Notes under the pieces: generated by a model
The model's database searches: none
What the model was told of the DNA's origin: nothing
What the model saw: the letters and a program-made list of their open reading frames with translations, nothing else
Program-made: the position numbers and the translations under genes
Shown here: piece by piece, positions 1-13,900 of the stretch
How the letters are laid out: each line of letters begins with the position of its first letter
Numbering within the stretch: the first letter of the stretch is position 1
NCBI GenBank assembly: GCA_051294905.1
Contig: CM119373.1
Span: forward strand, 3,226,001-3,290,000
Source: Botryllus schlosseri
Taxonomy: Eukaryota
Length of the DNA stretch: 64,000 nucleotides
Reading direction: 5' to 3'

Positions 1-1734
1 GTCCTTGTACAAATAAAAAGTAATCGTTCTTTCACACAGAAATCGATTAAATATGGGAAGTAGTCGATTACGATTACGATTACGATTACTTCGGGATTTT
101 TTCGAATGTATTCGATTGCAATTACGATTACTTGAAAATGCTGTAATCGTCGTAATCGATCACGATTACTAATCGCGATTACCCCATGTCTGGATGATAG
201 ACCCAACTCTGGGAGGACTTCACCCCAAGACCCCCATCACGATCTACGTTTTTTGCCGCTACTTATCATCAACATACGCTGCACTCATTAGCTTATATCG
301 CCTACACTTCCGAATCGCGAATATTTTCTATACCTCATGATCGAATAGGTCAATATGTTCGGGAATTGCATATATTTTGCTATCAATTTTTATCCCCTCT
401 CTGCACACGTAATCAGATTTACCTGTAAAGCTGAGTGAGGTGTCTTGGAAAATGTATAGGGCCCAAAATAATAATTAAACATATACTTCAGCGGCCCCGT
501 TGTTATAATGACTTCGTTACATGATGTTATTTTATGACTTTCTGTCTGCTATGTCAAAAGATATTAAAATCGCCCAAACGTACTAAACTAAAAGACGCAC
601 ACGACTTATAATTGGTATTTCTTCACTGGCAAATAATATTTCTCTGCGGGATGGCATTTGTCTTGTGGGGTTCAGATTTCCAGGACAGGAACATTCGGCG
701 CCCGCCATTTAGGCGCCTATGGACAATTGAACATACATGTATTTATATCGAAGTTTTTGGTCAGTATAAGGACATTCCTTGTCGACCAAGGTTTTCCCGC
801 TGCCGATTGTTCTGGCACACTTTATATACGTCTAGGTGCGGTGTGGCGCCGAAATGTTTCTATAAATCAAGCAGTTTTTTTCTTGGGAAAAGGGTACCCA
901 ACAATCAAGACATTTGACAACACGAAATCGTGCGCGGCGCGAAAAAAAAATTGAAGGATTTGCCTGAATTTTACAAAAAATACTCTGTAATTTATGTTAA
1001 CTCACGATATAATTTTGGCCCCTTCGAGCTCGCCCTCCCCTTCCCCCAGTTGGGAATTTGGGGTGAGGTAGTTACTGTCCTGGGTATACGCCTCGTGGGA
1101 TTGGTTTATTATTTAGCTTAGCCTGATACAGTTGTGTTACTGAATACTATGTTGCTGCCCCAGTGGTTAAACATGTTCCTGTTATGTCGTTCACCATTTA
1201 TTGTATAATTCAATTCAAACACTTTGCTGTTGAATGCCACGGCGACATCATGAATTCTATATTTCAAACATTTCAAGAACATTTACTAACGTTGTTCCTG
1301 ATCTGATTCATCCTAACAACTTGAAGAATATTAAATTTAATTTAATTTTTATGAACATAGTTTGAAAATTTATATATGGTGTCGTTACAAATATATATTC
1401 TTATCATTTCTCTATTTATGAATATTTCTGAACACGCGTTTTCCTAGTATAATAAGACAGATAAAACTGAATGTTTCACTGCTCATCATCTTCATAATCT
1501 GCCCATAGCTCTGTGGCTCTCGGTCAAGTGATGGCCCCTCGGTTAAGAATCACTATGCGTGAATTAGTTCACAACCTTGGTTGTTTGGTTGGTCGGCTGG
1601 TTGATTAGCAAGCGCTGACAGCGTCGCAAACTAGTGAATTTTATTTTCACTCCCCGAAACACATACGCAACGCAAGATATGGGCCCATATCATCTGATCT
1701 CGGTGTATCCATGTCATTAGTATATTTTTCTTAC

Positions 1735-1900
1735 CTGAGAAGTCATAGGTCGAATAGATGATGGTTTCAATTTTACAGCCGCCATCAACACAGCTCGAAA
1801 ATAATGTTTGGAGCTCCGCCAAGTTACTCGGACCTGCAGGTGTATAAGATTTAATCATGCGATATCGAAATCAGCGTATAGCGTAGCGTTCGCCTGTTCA
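1735..1900 (-). pseudogene. Decayed exon fragment of unknown protein, paralogous to 51917-52070
   Basis: Translation ...ADFDIA*LN/YTPAGPSNLAELQTLFSSCVDGGCKIETIIYST aligns by eye with LIFNISRPNILSPDPSAVADIQALFSKCNNGNCKIQTTIYPAT. Both end at a G|GTAA donor-like site. This copy has a stop and a frameshift. Confidence 0.45.
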
Positions 1901-2146
1901 GTATTATAGTAAAACGCTATTGCCGTGCGAATATAGAAACGATTCCAGACAGCGTTATTGTTACAGCAGAACGAGGTGGCGAAGTAAAAGCGGCCTATAT
2001 AAAGGAAGCGGATTATAATAAATATCCTGAAGAGGTACGAATATCTATGATAACGACTTGTAAAACAAGTTATTGTTATATACAAGGTATTTTTCATGGT
2101 TATTATTATTATTATTAATTTTGAAAATTGGACATTGTGGCGCTTG

Positions 2147-5100
2147 TCACCTTATCGGTCTGGTGCGCCACGACAGAAATGTCGTATTACCTGTCGCAAA
2201 TCGTGTACCTTGAAGAAAATTTGTCGAAATCAAAACATTGCTGGCCAGGACGAACTCGACGAGAGGCGAGAGAAGTTCTGGTCGTACGAGAAGGTTATAT
2301 GTGGTGAACTCAACTTTCAAGTTCAAGCAGACATCAATCAAATATGCTCGGTGCCAATCGTATTTTGAGCATGCGAGGAGGAAGTGATCCACATTCTCCG
2401 GTACGAGGCATAAGTCACACAAAGGCGTGTCGATGCAGCCTATTTTAAATAAATGCCCTTTTAGGCGACAATGGCCGGACCGGAGACGGAATATTGTCGT
2501 TTCTTACAAACGTGATCTGTGCATCGAGGGAAACGTTGTTTGTACCGTTTGGTGGAAACGTTTGTAGTGGTTTCCGGTCTCTGTTGAACAGTACTCGGTC
2601 TGCCACTCAGTCCGGACGTATTTGCGTACTTCGTTCTTGACATCTCTATAGGTAATTTCAGGTATTCCCTGACTGTCAAATGCGAAAGAGGCGGTGGAAC
2701 GTGCAAGTTCATCTGCAACCTCATTGTCGGGAATGCCACTATGTCCTGGAACCCAGGAGAAAGGCAACGTCGATCCCCATCCCTACCATCTGCAGGAAGA
2801 GAGGAAAAATCTTATTGAACGTTCTGCTCGGTGTGCGGTTCGGGGTGGCGATTGTGTTCAGAACACTAAGACAATCTGTCGGAATAACATATTTATCGGT
2901 TCGACTGCCATGATCGATTATCCACGATAGGGCATTAGCGATAGGTAGCATCTCCACTTGGAAAACGGAAAATAAACTCGGGCAGCTCTGGCTAAGTCGG
3001 ACTGACTGTGATGGTATGTAAATCGCGAAGGCCGTTGCTGTATCCGTCTTAGAACCGTCTGTGTAGATCTCGACGGCTTGGTCGTGGCACTCGAAAAGGT
3101 ACGACGGCTTGGTCGTGGCACTCGAAAAGGTAATCTCTGAAACACGAGTTCACTGAGATCGGCGAGTCCCCCTTTCGTATAAGTCGAAGTAATGATCTGT
3201 CGACCGTGGGGGTGGAACTGTCCAGGGTGCCACGCACTGAATTCGTTCTTTTTCCACCACCAACCGTTCCAGAATAGGGGATTTTGACAGGGTATTGAAC
3301 GTCTTGAAGTTTGGTCTTATCAAGGAGTAAATTTCATGCCATGTATCAGTTAGTAGTTCAGTTGATGGGTGTTGGTTGTATTCCTGACCAAGCAAGTGGC
3401 ACCGATAATTCATACACAAATATTTGTGTCGAATGTGGAGAGGCGGTTCGTTACATGCGGCTTGCAAAGCACATATGGGTGTACTCCGCATTGCTCCGCA
3501 ACACAAACGTGAAGCTTGGTTCTGTATGAGCCCTAATTTGTGAGTGTTATACTTCGATGTGAAAAAGTATGCTGGCATACCATAGTCGATGACGGATCTG
3601 ATAAGAGATCTGTATAACTGTAGGAGTGCGTGTTTATTAGCACCCCATGCGGTGTTTGTGACGACACGAAGTAATCCCATTCTGCTGGAGCATTTTTTCG
3701 CGACGTTGTCAATGTGTGTTTTATACGTCAGCAACTTATCAAAAGTAATACCAAGATACTTGAAGTTGTCAACGAGGGTGATTCGATTTCCGTCAATGTG
3801 CAAGTACACATCGGGAATCTTTCTTTTCCTAGTGAAGAGCATTGCCACAGACTTCGTTTTTGAGAGGACGAATCACCATTTACTACACCATTCCTGCACC
3901 GAGTCTAGAGACCTCTGAATTGATGAAACGATCGTGGGTATGCCAAGCCCGCTCTCCCATATGGCACAGTGATCAGCGTAAATGCCAACGCTGCTTCGAA
4001 CATCTAGGGGCATATCGTTTAACATCACGGTGAAAAGCAACGGACTCAAAACGCTTCCTTGGGGGATTCCGTTATCGAGGCTGTTTACATCGGACAGCGT
4101 ATTCCCGACACGGACTTGGTAGGTTCGATTTGTTAGGAAATTCTGGATCCAGCAGAGCGCTTTATCACCAATACCAAGCCGAGATAGCTTCAATAGTAAA
4201 CATTTTCGCCAAACCATGTCGTAAGCGCGTTCAATATCGAGAAATACGGCTATCGTTGAGCGTTGGTTATTGATAGACTTGTAGGCTATATCGAGTCATG
4301 GAGTCGTATGGCGTGGTCTAGAGTACATCTCCCCTTTCGGAATCCTGACTGAGAGGGATGCAGCAAATTATTGGCCTCCAAGTGCCAGCGTATTCTATTT
4401 GCGACCATAACCTCCATCACTTTGCAGAGATGACTCGTAATAGAAATTGGTCGATATGACTTGGGATCGGTGTCATCTTTGCCTTGCTTGAGAATCGGGA
4501 TTACAATAGAATGCTTCCAGCCGGAGGGAATTTCTCCGCTGTCCCAGGATGCATTGAAGAGGCGTAGTAGATGCTGCAGCGAGTTGCCGGATAGATGTTT
4601 CAACATTGCAGAACAGATTGAATCGCCCCCTGGAGACGTGTCTTTCCGGGAGCGTATTGGGCATTCCAACTCTGACATACTGAAGGGTATGTTCAATTCA
4701 CCTCCAATACGATTTGAACTTGCGGTGGACATTTGAATTCTTTCGATTTCATTTCTAGACTGCATGAAGGTCACTGGGTAATTCGCGTTACTACTAACTT
4801 TACAGAAAGCCGCCGAGAGGGCTTCGGCTTTGGATCGATCGGCCTTCAATGTAGTGTTGTTGACATTGAGTATCGGTATTGTGCGAGGTGCGGAGGCCCC
4901 GGACATCGATGCCACAATTTTCCACACCTTGCTGAAGTCCGTTATTCGGTTAATAGAATCGCAAAACTCTTCCCAGCACGACCTCTTTGCAGTCAGAATG
5001 ATTTTGCGGCATTCCGACCGCAGTCGCTTAAAGCAAATCACGTCACGGTAATTGAAAGATCTTTTCATTTTCAAGAATGCAGCTTTCTTGCGTCGAACGG

Positions 5101-5990
5101 CCTTTTCAAAGTCCTTATTCCACCAAGGCACAGGGATCTTGTTGGTGTCTCGCGTCCGGGGAATTCTGACTTTGGCGGAATTGACTATGGTATTTGTGAG
5201 AGCAGTATTGAGTTGCTGTACATTTTCCGGCATAGGGCTGCTGAGGGCACGGTCCACGTTCTGCGAGAAATCCAGCCAGTTGGCTTTTTTAAAACACCAT
5301 CTTGGTATTTTTGACGAACGTACCACATTTCCAGTGAAATGTCGTGGACACTAAAAAGTGATCGCTGCCAATGAGGTGACCTGACACGCTGGTGTGACAA
5401 CAAGCCGCAATGTCTGGTGACGCAAGGGTTAAATCAATCACAGATGATCGATGTATGGCATCTGCGGATAGGTTGATTCTCGTCGGTTGCGAAGTGTTGG
5501 GCAAAACAAAGTTATGCCTGTCAATATACTCATAAAGTCGGTTACCCCGTTGGTTTGAGCGATGGCTCCATGCCCAATGGGGAGCATTAAAGTCACCACA
5601 AATGAGTGATCGCGACTCTAAAGATGACAAGAAAGAGAGGTCGTCTTGGTTCAAAGTGCGATCGGGGGGTATATAGACGTTGCATATAGTTATGTTGGCA
5701 AGTCTCAGGTACATCAACTCGAAGCAATTCGATGCCACGGAAACGTCCTCGCGACAACTCAGAGATTCTGCAACAAAAGCTGCCAGACCACCCTTGTGAA
5801 CCGTCTTGTCGCGTCGGATAAGCCGATAACCCCGTAATTTCGGAGTATATTTGTCGATTAGGTGAGTCTCTTGCAAATGAATAACATCTGGTTTGTGATC
5901 TAGGGTCGATAGAAAATGCTTGAACTCCGGCAATTTTTTATATATACTACGGCAATTCCATTGTAATATGGTTAGCGGTTTATTTGTCCA
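2147..5990 (-). pseudogene. LINE ORF2 (APE endonuclease, reverse transcriptase, RNase H, C-terminal CCHC), broken by stops and frameshifts
   Basis: APE motifs ILQWNCRS, LQETH, GDFNA, IDLT, GSDH. RT motifs YRPISITS, QSGFR, GIPQGSVLSP, YADH (for YADD), KYLG. RNase H motifs IYTDGSK, WVPGHSGIPDNEVADELA. C-terminal CDLC...HFLLAC. Confidence 0.93.
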
Positions 5991-7483
5991 TCGCGATTTT
6001 GTGGGACCGTGGCTTCATTTCGTACCTCCGAATTTTGATTGTTTGCGTTTTTCGACATTTTCTGCAACAAGGTCGAGTCGATATGCTGTTCAAAGTACTT
6101 TCCAAACGCTTCTGCGACGATGTTGAATATGTTTCCGTTGCCAGTTTGGCAAGCTGAAATCGTAACCTGGACGATTTCTGTTACCATCACCAGCAGTTGC
6201 ATCGGTTCTAATTGTTTCAAGTGAACTGTCGTGTTGCCTGCGGTATCAGCAGTCTGTGTTGCGGTGGGGTTTCGTAACGCAGATTGTTCTGATTGTTTTC
6301 TCTGTAGTTGTCCCAAGTCCCCGTTATTGGGTGATGGCGCGGTTGGTATATTTCTGTTTAGGGGATTTCTGACTTTCAATGATTTGCATTTGGAGGTGAC
6401 TTTATGTGCGTATGACTCTTTTGGCATTGTCGGCGAAGCAGAAATGGAATCCTGCGGCGTTGTCGAAGAGTCCGATACGAGATCCTGTGTACGTACTTGA
6501 TGCCTCGCCTCAGGGAAGGAGAGGTTTACCCTCTCTTTGACAATTTGGATTTTTGCCTCTTCTTTATGGACGGGGCACCCGCCATATGCGGCTTAATGAT
6601 TTTCATTGCTATTGATGCATTTTCTGTTATTTTGGCATTCATTGTATGCATGGTCCATGGCGCCACATTTTGTGCAGCTCGGTTTTCCGCGGCAAGATTT
6701 AGAGGTGTGGCCGAATTTGTTACATCTGAAGCTGCGAGTTGGCGGTGGATTGTAAGTGTTCGTGCGGAAACGTAGGTAGGTAACCGAACGTGACGTAGTT
6801 GGGTACCTCTGTTGAACTAAAGTATAGAAAGACGGACAGGCTTGGCTCAAACTCTTTCTCTGCCCTCCGTTTCAGGCGTTTGAGGTGCGACACACTACTG
6901 GCTTAAAAGGTCTTCTACAACTCACTCTCCGGTATTTCTAAGGGTACCCCTTTGATGACTGCGCGACTGGCGTATGGCTTCTGAGCGGTGTGAGGTGTAA
7001 CTGAGATAGCAATTTTAGTATTTGTGGTCGTGTCACTTAATGAAACGCATTCTAACATTTTAGTCACTTGCTTGTGGTTATGACACGTGAGGAGAAGATC
7101 TCCCGAAGGGAGTGGCTTGATACCAGCATAGCTGTCGATGACAGCGTATAGAGCTCTGTTAACTTTCCCAGGGTGATATCGTGTCATCACCCTCTCTCTG
7201 CCCGAAATTATAACGGTCATACTGTTGACTGGATCCGTCACGAATGCGGATTCCCCACTTGACACCGGTGTTGCCAAAGATGCACTCGGGATAATGCTTG
7301 GTGAAGAGCTATCAATGTTTTGACTATAGACGATGGCTGAGAAGTCGTCGTAGCGTTGGGATTATCTACGATCGCGAATTTCCTGGCAGGAATCTTGGTA
7401 TTCCCACAAGATCCAACAGCTCCCTCATCGCTATCTGGATCTTCCATTCTACGTTTGAGATTAGAGGTTATACCCTCCATCAC
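5972..7483 (-). pseudogene. LINE ORF1 gag-like nucleic-acid-binding protein with zinc knuckles, fragmented
   Basis: Fragments 7238-7483, 6915-7277 (VIKGVPLEI), 6593-6850 (RCNKFGHTSKSC, CTKCGAMDHAYNEC, KCINSNENH) and 5972-6427, lying upstream of ORF2. Confidence 0.85.
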
Positions 7484-10400
7484 CTACCCTTTTTAAGGCG
7501 GTGAGGGTATACACTCTACTTACTACCTGACAAAGATCCCAAGAGGCACGTCTCCATATGTACTACGTAAAGACCTAACCTCGCGGAGTATCGATACCTA
7601 ATGAGGCAAGCGAAGACTAGCGATAATTACTCTTTCACGAGAGACCTCCGTAGGCTACTCGACGACGGTCAGACGGGAATGTATTTTTCATGGTAATGCA
7701 TATATAAGCCTGTTTATGATGCGAGGCATATTAACTCATTCTCATTTCGCACCAATTCGACTTCGAGGATAGAATCAACCATTTGGAACTCACCGAGCAT
7801 GTCGTCCTGAAATATGGAAGAATGAAAATAAGTAATATTTAAGCTTTCAGCATATATATACCTATATATACAACATCACATTACACAACAGACGAAATAT
7901 AAACGCATATAAATGTACGGGCTTTAATATTGAATCCATCCACTATTCAGCCTGTTATGGAATGTGTATTAGTCACCCAACCAATCTAATTTAGCGGGTG
8001 GTCAAGTCCGAACTGGTCTTGCACAAGACAATAGCAGTTACGTACAATTAACCTCCCCCGGTGTCAGTGATTCTCAATTTTTCTTCGATTGCTATTTTAC
8101 ATCAGCTTCTTCATTCGAGCTTTACAATAAGATGTTATTTTTATTTCTCTGGTAAGAGATTCTTCCAAAACTTGAGAATAAGCCCATATATTCTTGTATC
8201 TATCTGCTGATCAGTTTATATCCTCTTCGTGGTCGAAGATTTCAGTGGCACGCTTGAAATATCATAAATAGCTCACATCAAACTTACATGATTAGAAAAG
8301 TTTCTTTAATTTTTATAAGAATGACAACGAAATAATCCTGCAAAAATGTGATAGTGGCTTCGGGGATCTCAAAAATCACCATCTCGAAGCCATTAGAATT
8401 AATTGCGAATATACTACAGGAAAGGATCTTATACTTTTGAAGTGCCAATGGGATTTGTTATGTGCATGTACAATGTGCATGGAGTATTCTGACAAGATTT
8501 GATACAGCCTGTTCGAAGTTTGCAGGCTGAAATTTAGACCATGAAAATACCGACCCGAAATCGAAGACTATTGCCGGTTCAACTGAGGTCAGTGTGAAGG
8601 GATACTGAAATTGTAGTGAGCTTGAACCAACAACATGCCCTACGAAAAATCAAAAATTTATGAATTGATTGTATCAAAACTATATATGAGTTGACGGCTG
8701 AACACATAGAATTATCCTATGATTTTCGTAAATCCTGACATACCGCCATTGTCAGCTCGACTTCCTGTTCGGGTGCGCAATAGTGTTCCCCTGAAAACGA
8801 ATGAGTAATCTTTAAATGAGTCCTTAAAATGAATTACTGTTATATCTTTTATTTTTTGAAATCAGACTGAATTCTGTTGTATAACTTTGGTGTGAGTCTT
8901 GACCTCAAGCGAACTCATAGGGCTCGTATTAAACCCAGTTATTATCGATAAATAATTATTAATTATTTATAATAAATAATAATAATTATTAATTATTATA
9001 ATCAACCACAAATTTAGAAGTATGATGAACATTGGTTAAATTGGATTGTTTCCTGATTGAAATTATCAGAATCGCTCAATAAGCATGGTCGGTGTATCAT
9101 GAACACTGGGTGGAATCACGATATTGTGTCTATATGGATGTTAGATTGACACGCCGCACTGGTCGTTTCGACATCCTTTTATGAAGAGCTTCTTGGAGGT
9201 AGGCTACAAAACTTCAATATATCATTGGATAGTATATTCATATTGAAATGAATCCGAATATTTTCGGCTGACACGCGCCAAGGGTAATGGTCAGCAACTA
9301 GCAGAGAATTGGAAAGAACATTGTATATCAACAATCGTATCACAAAATAAGACGTCACTGGCATGAAATTTCGAATACGAGAGCGTTTAATGCCACATTT
9401 TCAGAATGTACACGAACTCCTTTTGCAGATACAGCCTTGTGTGGTGTATTTTAATAAAAATAAGTCAACTCATTGCGTCACATTAAGTCTTGTTTATCAC
9501 ATTGTTCTTGTGAATGAAAATAGTAGCATCCCTGGTAACATATTTTCCCGGAAATTGGCTCTTGATATGACAGTGCTGACTAAATGATTTTTTTAAAATA
9601 CTGTACCGCAAATTCCAAGCGAGTTCGTCTCGAAAAGCAAGAGCATAGACGATATCCAGTGGGCGAACATCACGGATGTCATTAGTTCCCTGTCAAAAGA
9701 TGAACAATGAAATGATGAATATATTATAGGTTCATTCTGAAAATATCACATGCATAGAATAAACGTAGTATAGATACCTTGTGTTAGTAATTAAGTCTAG
9801 GCAAAATCGAGTGAGTCCGTGGTTTGATTCTTAATCGAGTAGTATGCGTCGAGTCGAGTATTCTAGTATCGCTTGATACAGAGGTCTCAAACTCAAATGT
9901 GCTCGCGGGATAATTTCCTACATTTTGATGGCGCCGCGGGCCGCAGCACCAATAATAGGGGGATTCAATGTATTTCCAAGTAGACCTTATTTGACGGGAC
10001 CTTGCAGACTGACATTCCACACGCATCGTAAAAATGTGATTTACCATTGTGAATTCACGCTTGGCACGAAAGAAATAATTTTTTTTTAAATATTTGAATA
10101 GAATTGTTCCTGTACTTGGCATAAAGTTTGTCAAAATAAATAGGTGTAGACACCGCGGCGGAGTAAAAATGCATCAGGATATCGTAAAAGCTGTCACGTT
10201 GTAATTTTGCAACTGACGGACATTTGACGTGCCGCAAATGTGATATCAGAGCAATATTGTAGCAGTACAGCCTAATCCTGAAGTCCTGATAGCTGGGCTA
10301 TTCATCATGTCATTACCAATGTCAAATTAAATCAGCGTTAGATTTACCTTGGAATATTTAAACAGATCAATAACAACTTGAATATAATGATTACTGTGCC

Positions 10401-10914
10401 CTAGAAATAGTCATATCCAATCACCGAAGAATCCATTTGTGTTACAGCTGTGAAGCGTAGGCTACGGCTGCTTTATACTGGACACATTGAATTGACGATA
10501 ATAACATGAATAAAGACACCCAATATGACACACGATGTAACCAACTATACATCAAGAGGGAAACATCATGCCGATGGTTGCCATACCGCCCTGCTTATAT
10601 ATCTAAATAAGCTACGAAACGCAACCTTTTGATATTTTACTGTTTTCCATACCAGTTTTATAGTTTGTTGCATCCTTAGTTGTACAAAGTCACGGCGCTC
10701 CGCGTCACAAAAGTCCTTCTCTGATGGTATCTCTTGACACGACTCAACTCGAGTCATTTATATTTCATCACTCATTAAGTCCGAGTTCGAGTAATTCTAC
10801 AAAAGATTGCGCCCAAGTCCAAATCACAATTTTCGATACGAATCATCGACGGGTCATGTTTAACCATAATAAACAAGTAATGTCACGTAATAGGTAATCT
10901 GTCAATGCGTCGTA

Positions 10915-13900
10915 AGTAGTTATATAGATCGGTCGTGAGGTGCCTGGGTTTCTTATGGCGGGGTGGCGATTCGTATTGAAAACCGGGGGTGGCGACTCGT
11001 ACTTTCAGACCCCCCGCGGGGCCGCGATTCGTAATGGGTTCTTATGGATGCGGTCGTGATTCGTACTTTTGGGTATAGGCTGCGGCGGTGAATCGTAATG
11101 AGAACTCGTGGTCGTGATTCGCACTTTCAGACATCTCTCGCGTGGTGTTGAATATGTACGAGTCACCGACAATAACCGCGCAGACGGAAACGTGGCTTGT
11201 TGTGAGGATTAAGCAGTGCGTGCGACAGACGGCGATTCGAATATCAACAATAGTCGCGTTCGCAAACTAACACTTCAAAAAGATGTGAAATATTTGTAAA
11301 ATCCTACGATCGCTCACAAGATACCACTTCCGGCAAATCGATCTATCACTCAATACACAACCGAAGTTGAATTGTAATTGAATGCGTAAATTTATCACCT
11401 CGACATCAAAATTCGAAAACAACAACTTGATGCTTTATGTTCTCACTCTAATTTCATGATAAGTGTAATAAGTGCCGAATAACAGATACACCACCGGCGA
11501 GACTTGGATACCAACAAATTGTCACTTATTTCTATTCTAGCCGTAATCCTTTGTGAAGTTAACGCTTATTCAAAAAGGTGTGAAATATTTGCAAAACCCC
11601 GCGATCACTGACAAGATAATGTCTCGGACATAACCATCTTTCGCGACTTGGTGTCATAACCATACCGATCGCTCACGCGGTGAAATTTTAGTAATCAGTT
11701 TGTCACAGAACTTGATTTCGCTGGTAAGATTTAACAAGTAACGAATAATAGACCGCCAGGGTCGGTAACTTGAATAGCGACAAATTGTCACTTATTTCCG
11801 CTCTAACCCTAATCCTCTGTGAAGTGAACGCTTATTCAAAAGGGTGTGATATAATTTGAAAACCCGACGACCACTCACCGGATAAAGCTTCAGACATAGC
11901 AATCCCTCATACCCGCTCACAAGGTAATATTTCGGTAATTAGTTTGTCCCAGAACCATCGCAGACGGTGATTCGAAAACCAACAATTTGTCACTTGCCCG
12001 CGATCGCTATACGTTTCACGCCTCCCGAATAGTGGCTGACTTTAGTTGCGTGATAAGATCCATGAAAATATTCAATCAATGTGTTAGTTTGTCAACTTGA
12101 AATGTAACTCACTACACAAATCAAGTTGAATCGTATTTGAATGTATTGATTCGACCCAACTCAAATCCTATTAACGCGATCTGTTGAATCGAACGTAACC
12201 TGAATATTACTGACGCCAACATTCACTCTCATCGGATCATTCACACATTCCACGCCGCTGTTTTAACACTTATAGAATCAATACCAACTATCTCTGACCC
12301 GATAATATTCAATCATTTTGGTAATTTGCCAACTTTAAATCCATTCGCGGGATGTACTAAAGGTAAATCCAAATAATCCAGAATGAAATATTTGGACTTA
12401 GACATTGTGCGAATTGAAATAGGTTTGACAAACATGACTACCAACTTTCACCCAGTCACATTTCAAGATTATACTTTGAAACAATCCTTGAAACTGACAA
12501 CTCTATTCACGACTGAGTTTTCCGAGCAACTCGGTAAGGTCATAGTTACTACCGCATTACCTAATTTACCCGACCAACTCGTCATGATCATTCCTGAAAT
12601 CAACACAAACATGACTACTGACTTGAGTCAACCACAAAACAGCATCAAGTTTTAAATCCGCTTGTAGCTTACGGCTTATTTGAATGCAGGTTATGTTTTG
12701 TTGTAATTGAGTGTACGGAAATAGTATTACGTCTCGACATCTCACCATCTTACCATACTCAAAGAGTCAACCACGAAAACATTGTCAAGTAAATCCGTTA
12801 CCCAACCAACTCAAACAGTATCAGTACGAAAAACAACCAAACATACACGAATCCATACAATCACTAAAACCTAAAATCCATAACAAGCTTGGTTGTATTC
12901 ATATCCCTACACATCTTTTTTTTATTCAGCTTGAAAAGTCGTTACTATTCTGTAAGATTGAGGAATTACTACGCGGTATATTCTGCAAGACAAACTAATT
13001 ACTACTCGGTATATTTTGTAAGACAAAAGTAATTACTCTTTGGTACAGGCGACTTGAGATTAACATAATATGTTTGAGTATACGAGATTTGAAAGTCCGA
13101 CCAACGTAGTTGAGAATTCATTTCTTACAATCGAACGATGGTGTTATATTCAAAGTTATCATGCTGTGAACATAAGGATTGACACATTGATTTGACATAT
13201 GAGATTTGTAATAGTTGATCATTACTTTATTATTAAATTATTTGCGTTAATTAGACCCGGCGTTGTGGTAAATGTTATGACAGCAACAGACTTTTCAGTA
13301 CCAATGTTATTAACATATTAAGCTGTAAAACTATGTATGTCTGAAATGTTCTTGATTGGAAAATTACTCCACCTTGGTAAAAATCACTCGGCGTATCGCG
13401 GATATCAGAAAATATTTCCAGTAACCAAGACTAAAGATGAAACGACAATATCGGTATTATTACATTCAACAATCAGTACAATTATTAAAATCTATCGTTT
13501 GCGATAAACAGCACTAAAGATGTAATAATTCCAGTATTCATACATTGAACATCCGATACAAAATGCTTTATTATCCCGATTCCCAACGGGTAATTGAAAC
13601 GACTAAGTGTAGAATCAGTATATCACAATATCGTTACTATTGAATCCAACGATTTATTGTCGGAATTTGTGACAGAGAATTGAAACATATGCACTTTACA
13701 GAGTATGAAAATATCACTTTGAGTATCGAGTACCGTTCGAAGCTAGCGATCAATTCTTAATCATTTCAGTAACTCCCCATTGTGCGTGCTAAATGTAAAA
13801 TATCGCGAGGTTATACACTCTAAGACTTTGATTATTGTAAAAGTAAATTGTGATATGTTTGTTAGATGCATCCAATTCAACTAGAAGTGTCTAGTGCCCA

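Larger units (their letters stand above)
2101..7680 (-). mobile_element. Full-length non-LTR retrotransposon (LINE, I/Nimb-like, with RNase H), inactivated
   Basis: 14-bp TSD GTATTTTTCATGGT at 2087-2100 and 7681-7694; (TAA)n 3' tail at 2101-2116; 5' end (C)ATTCCC; gag-like ORF1 followed by APE-RT-RNaseH-CCHC ORF2. Confidence 0.95.

Noticed and set aside
1..192. CGATTA repeats ending in ...CCCCATGTCTG
   Set aside because: Probably the end of a MITE cut by the window edge; partner TIR and TSD not visible. The same applies to CAGGGGCGGCCAACC at 63986-64000.
4461..5354. Plus-strand ORFs up to 193 aa
   Set aside because: Antisense shadows of LINE ORF2.
8937..9003. AT-rich quasi-palindrome
   Set aside because: Low-complexity (AAT/ATT)n sequence; symmetry expected by chance.
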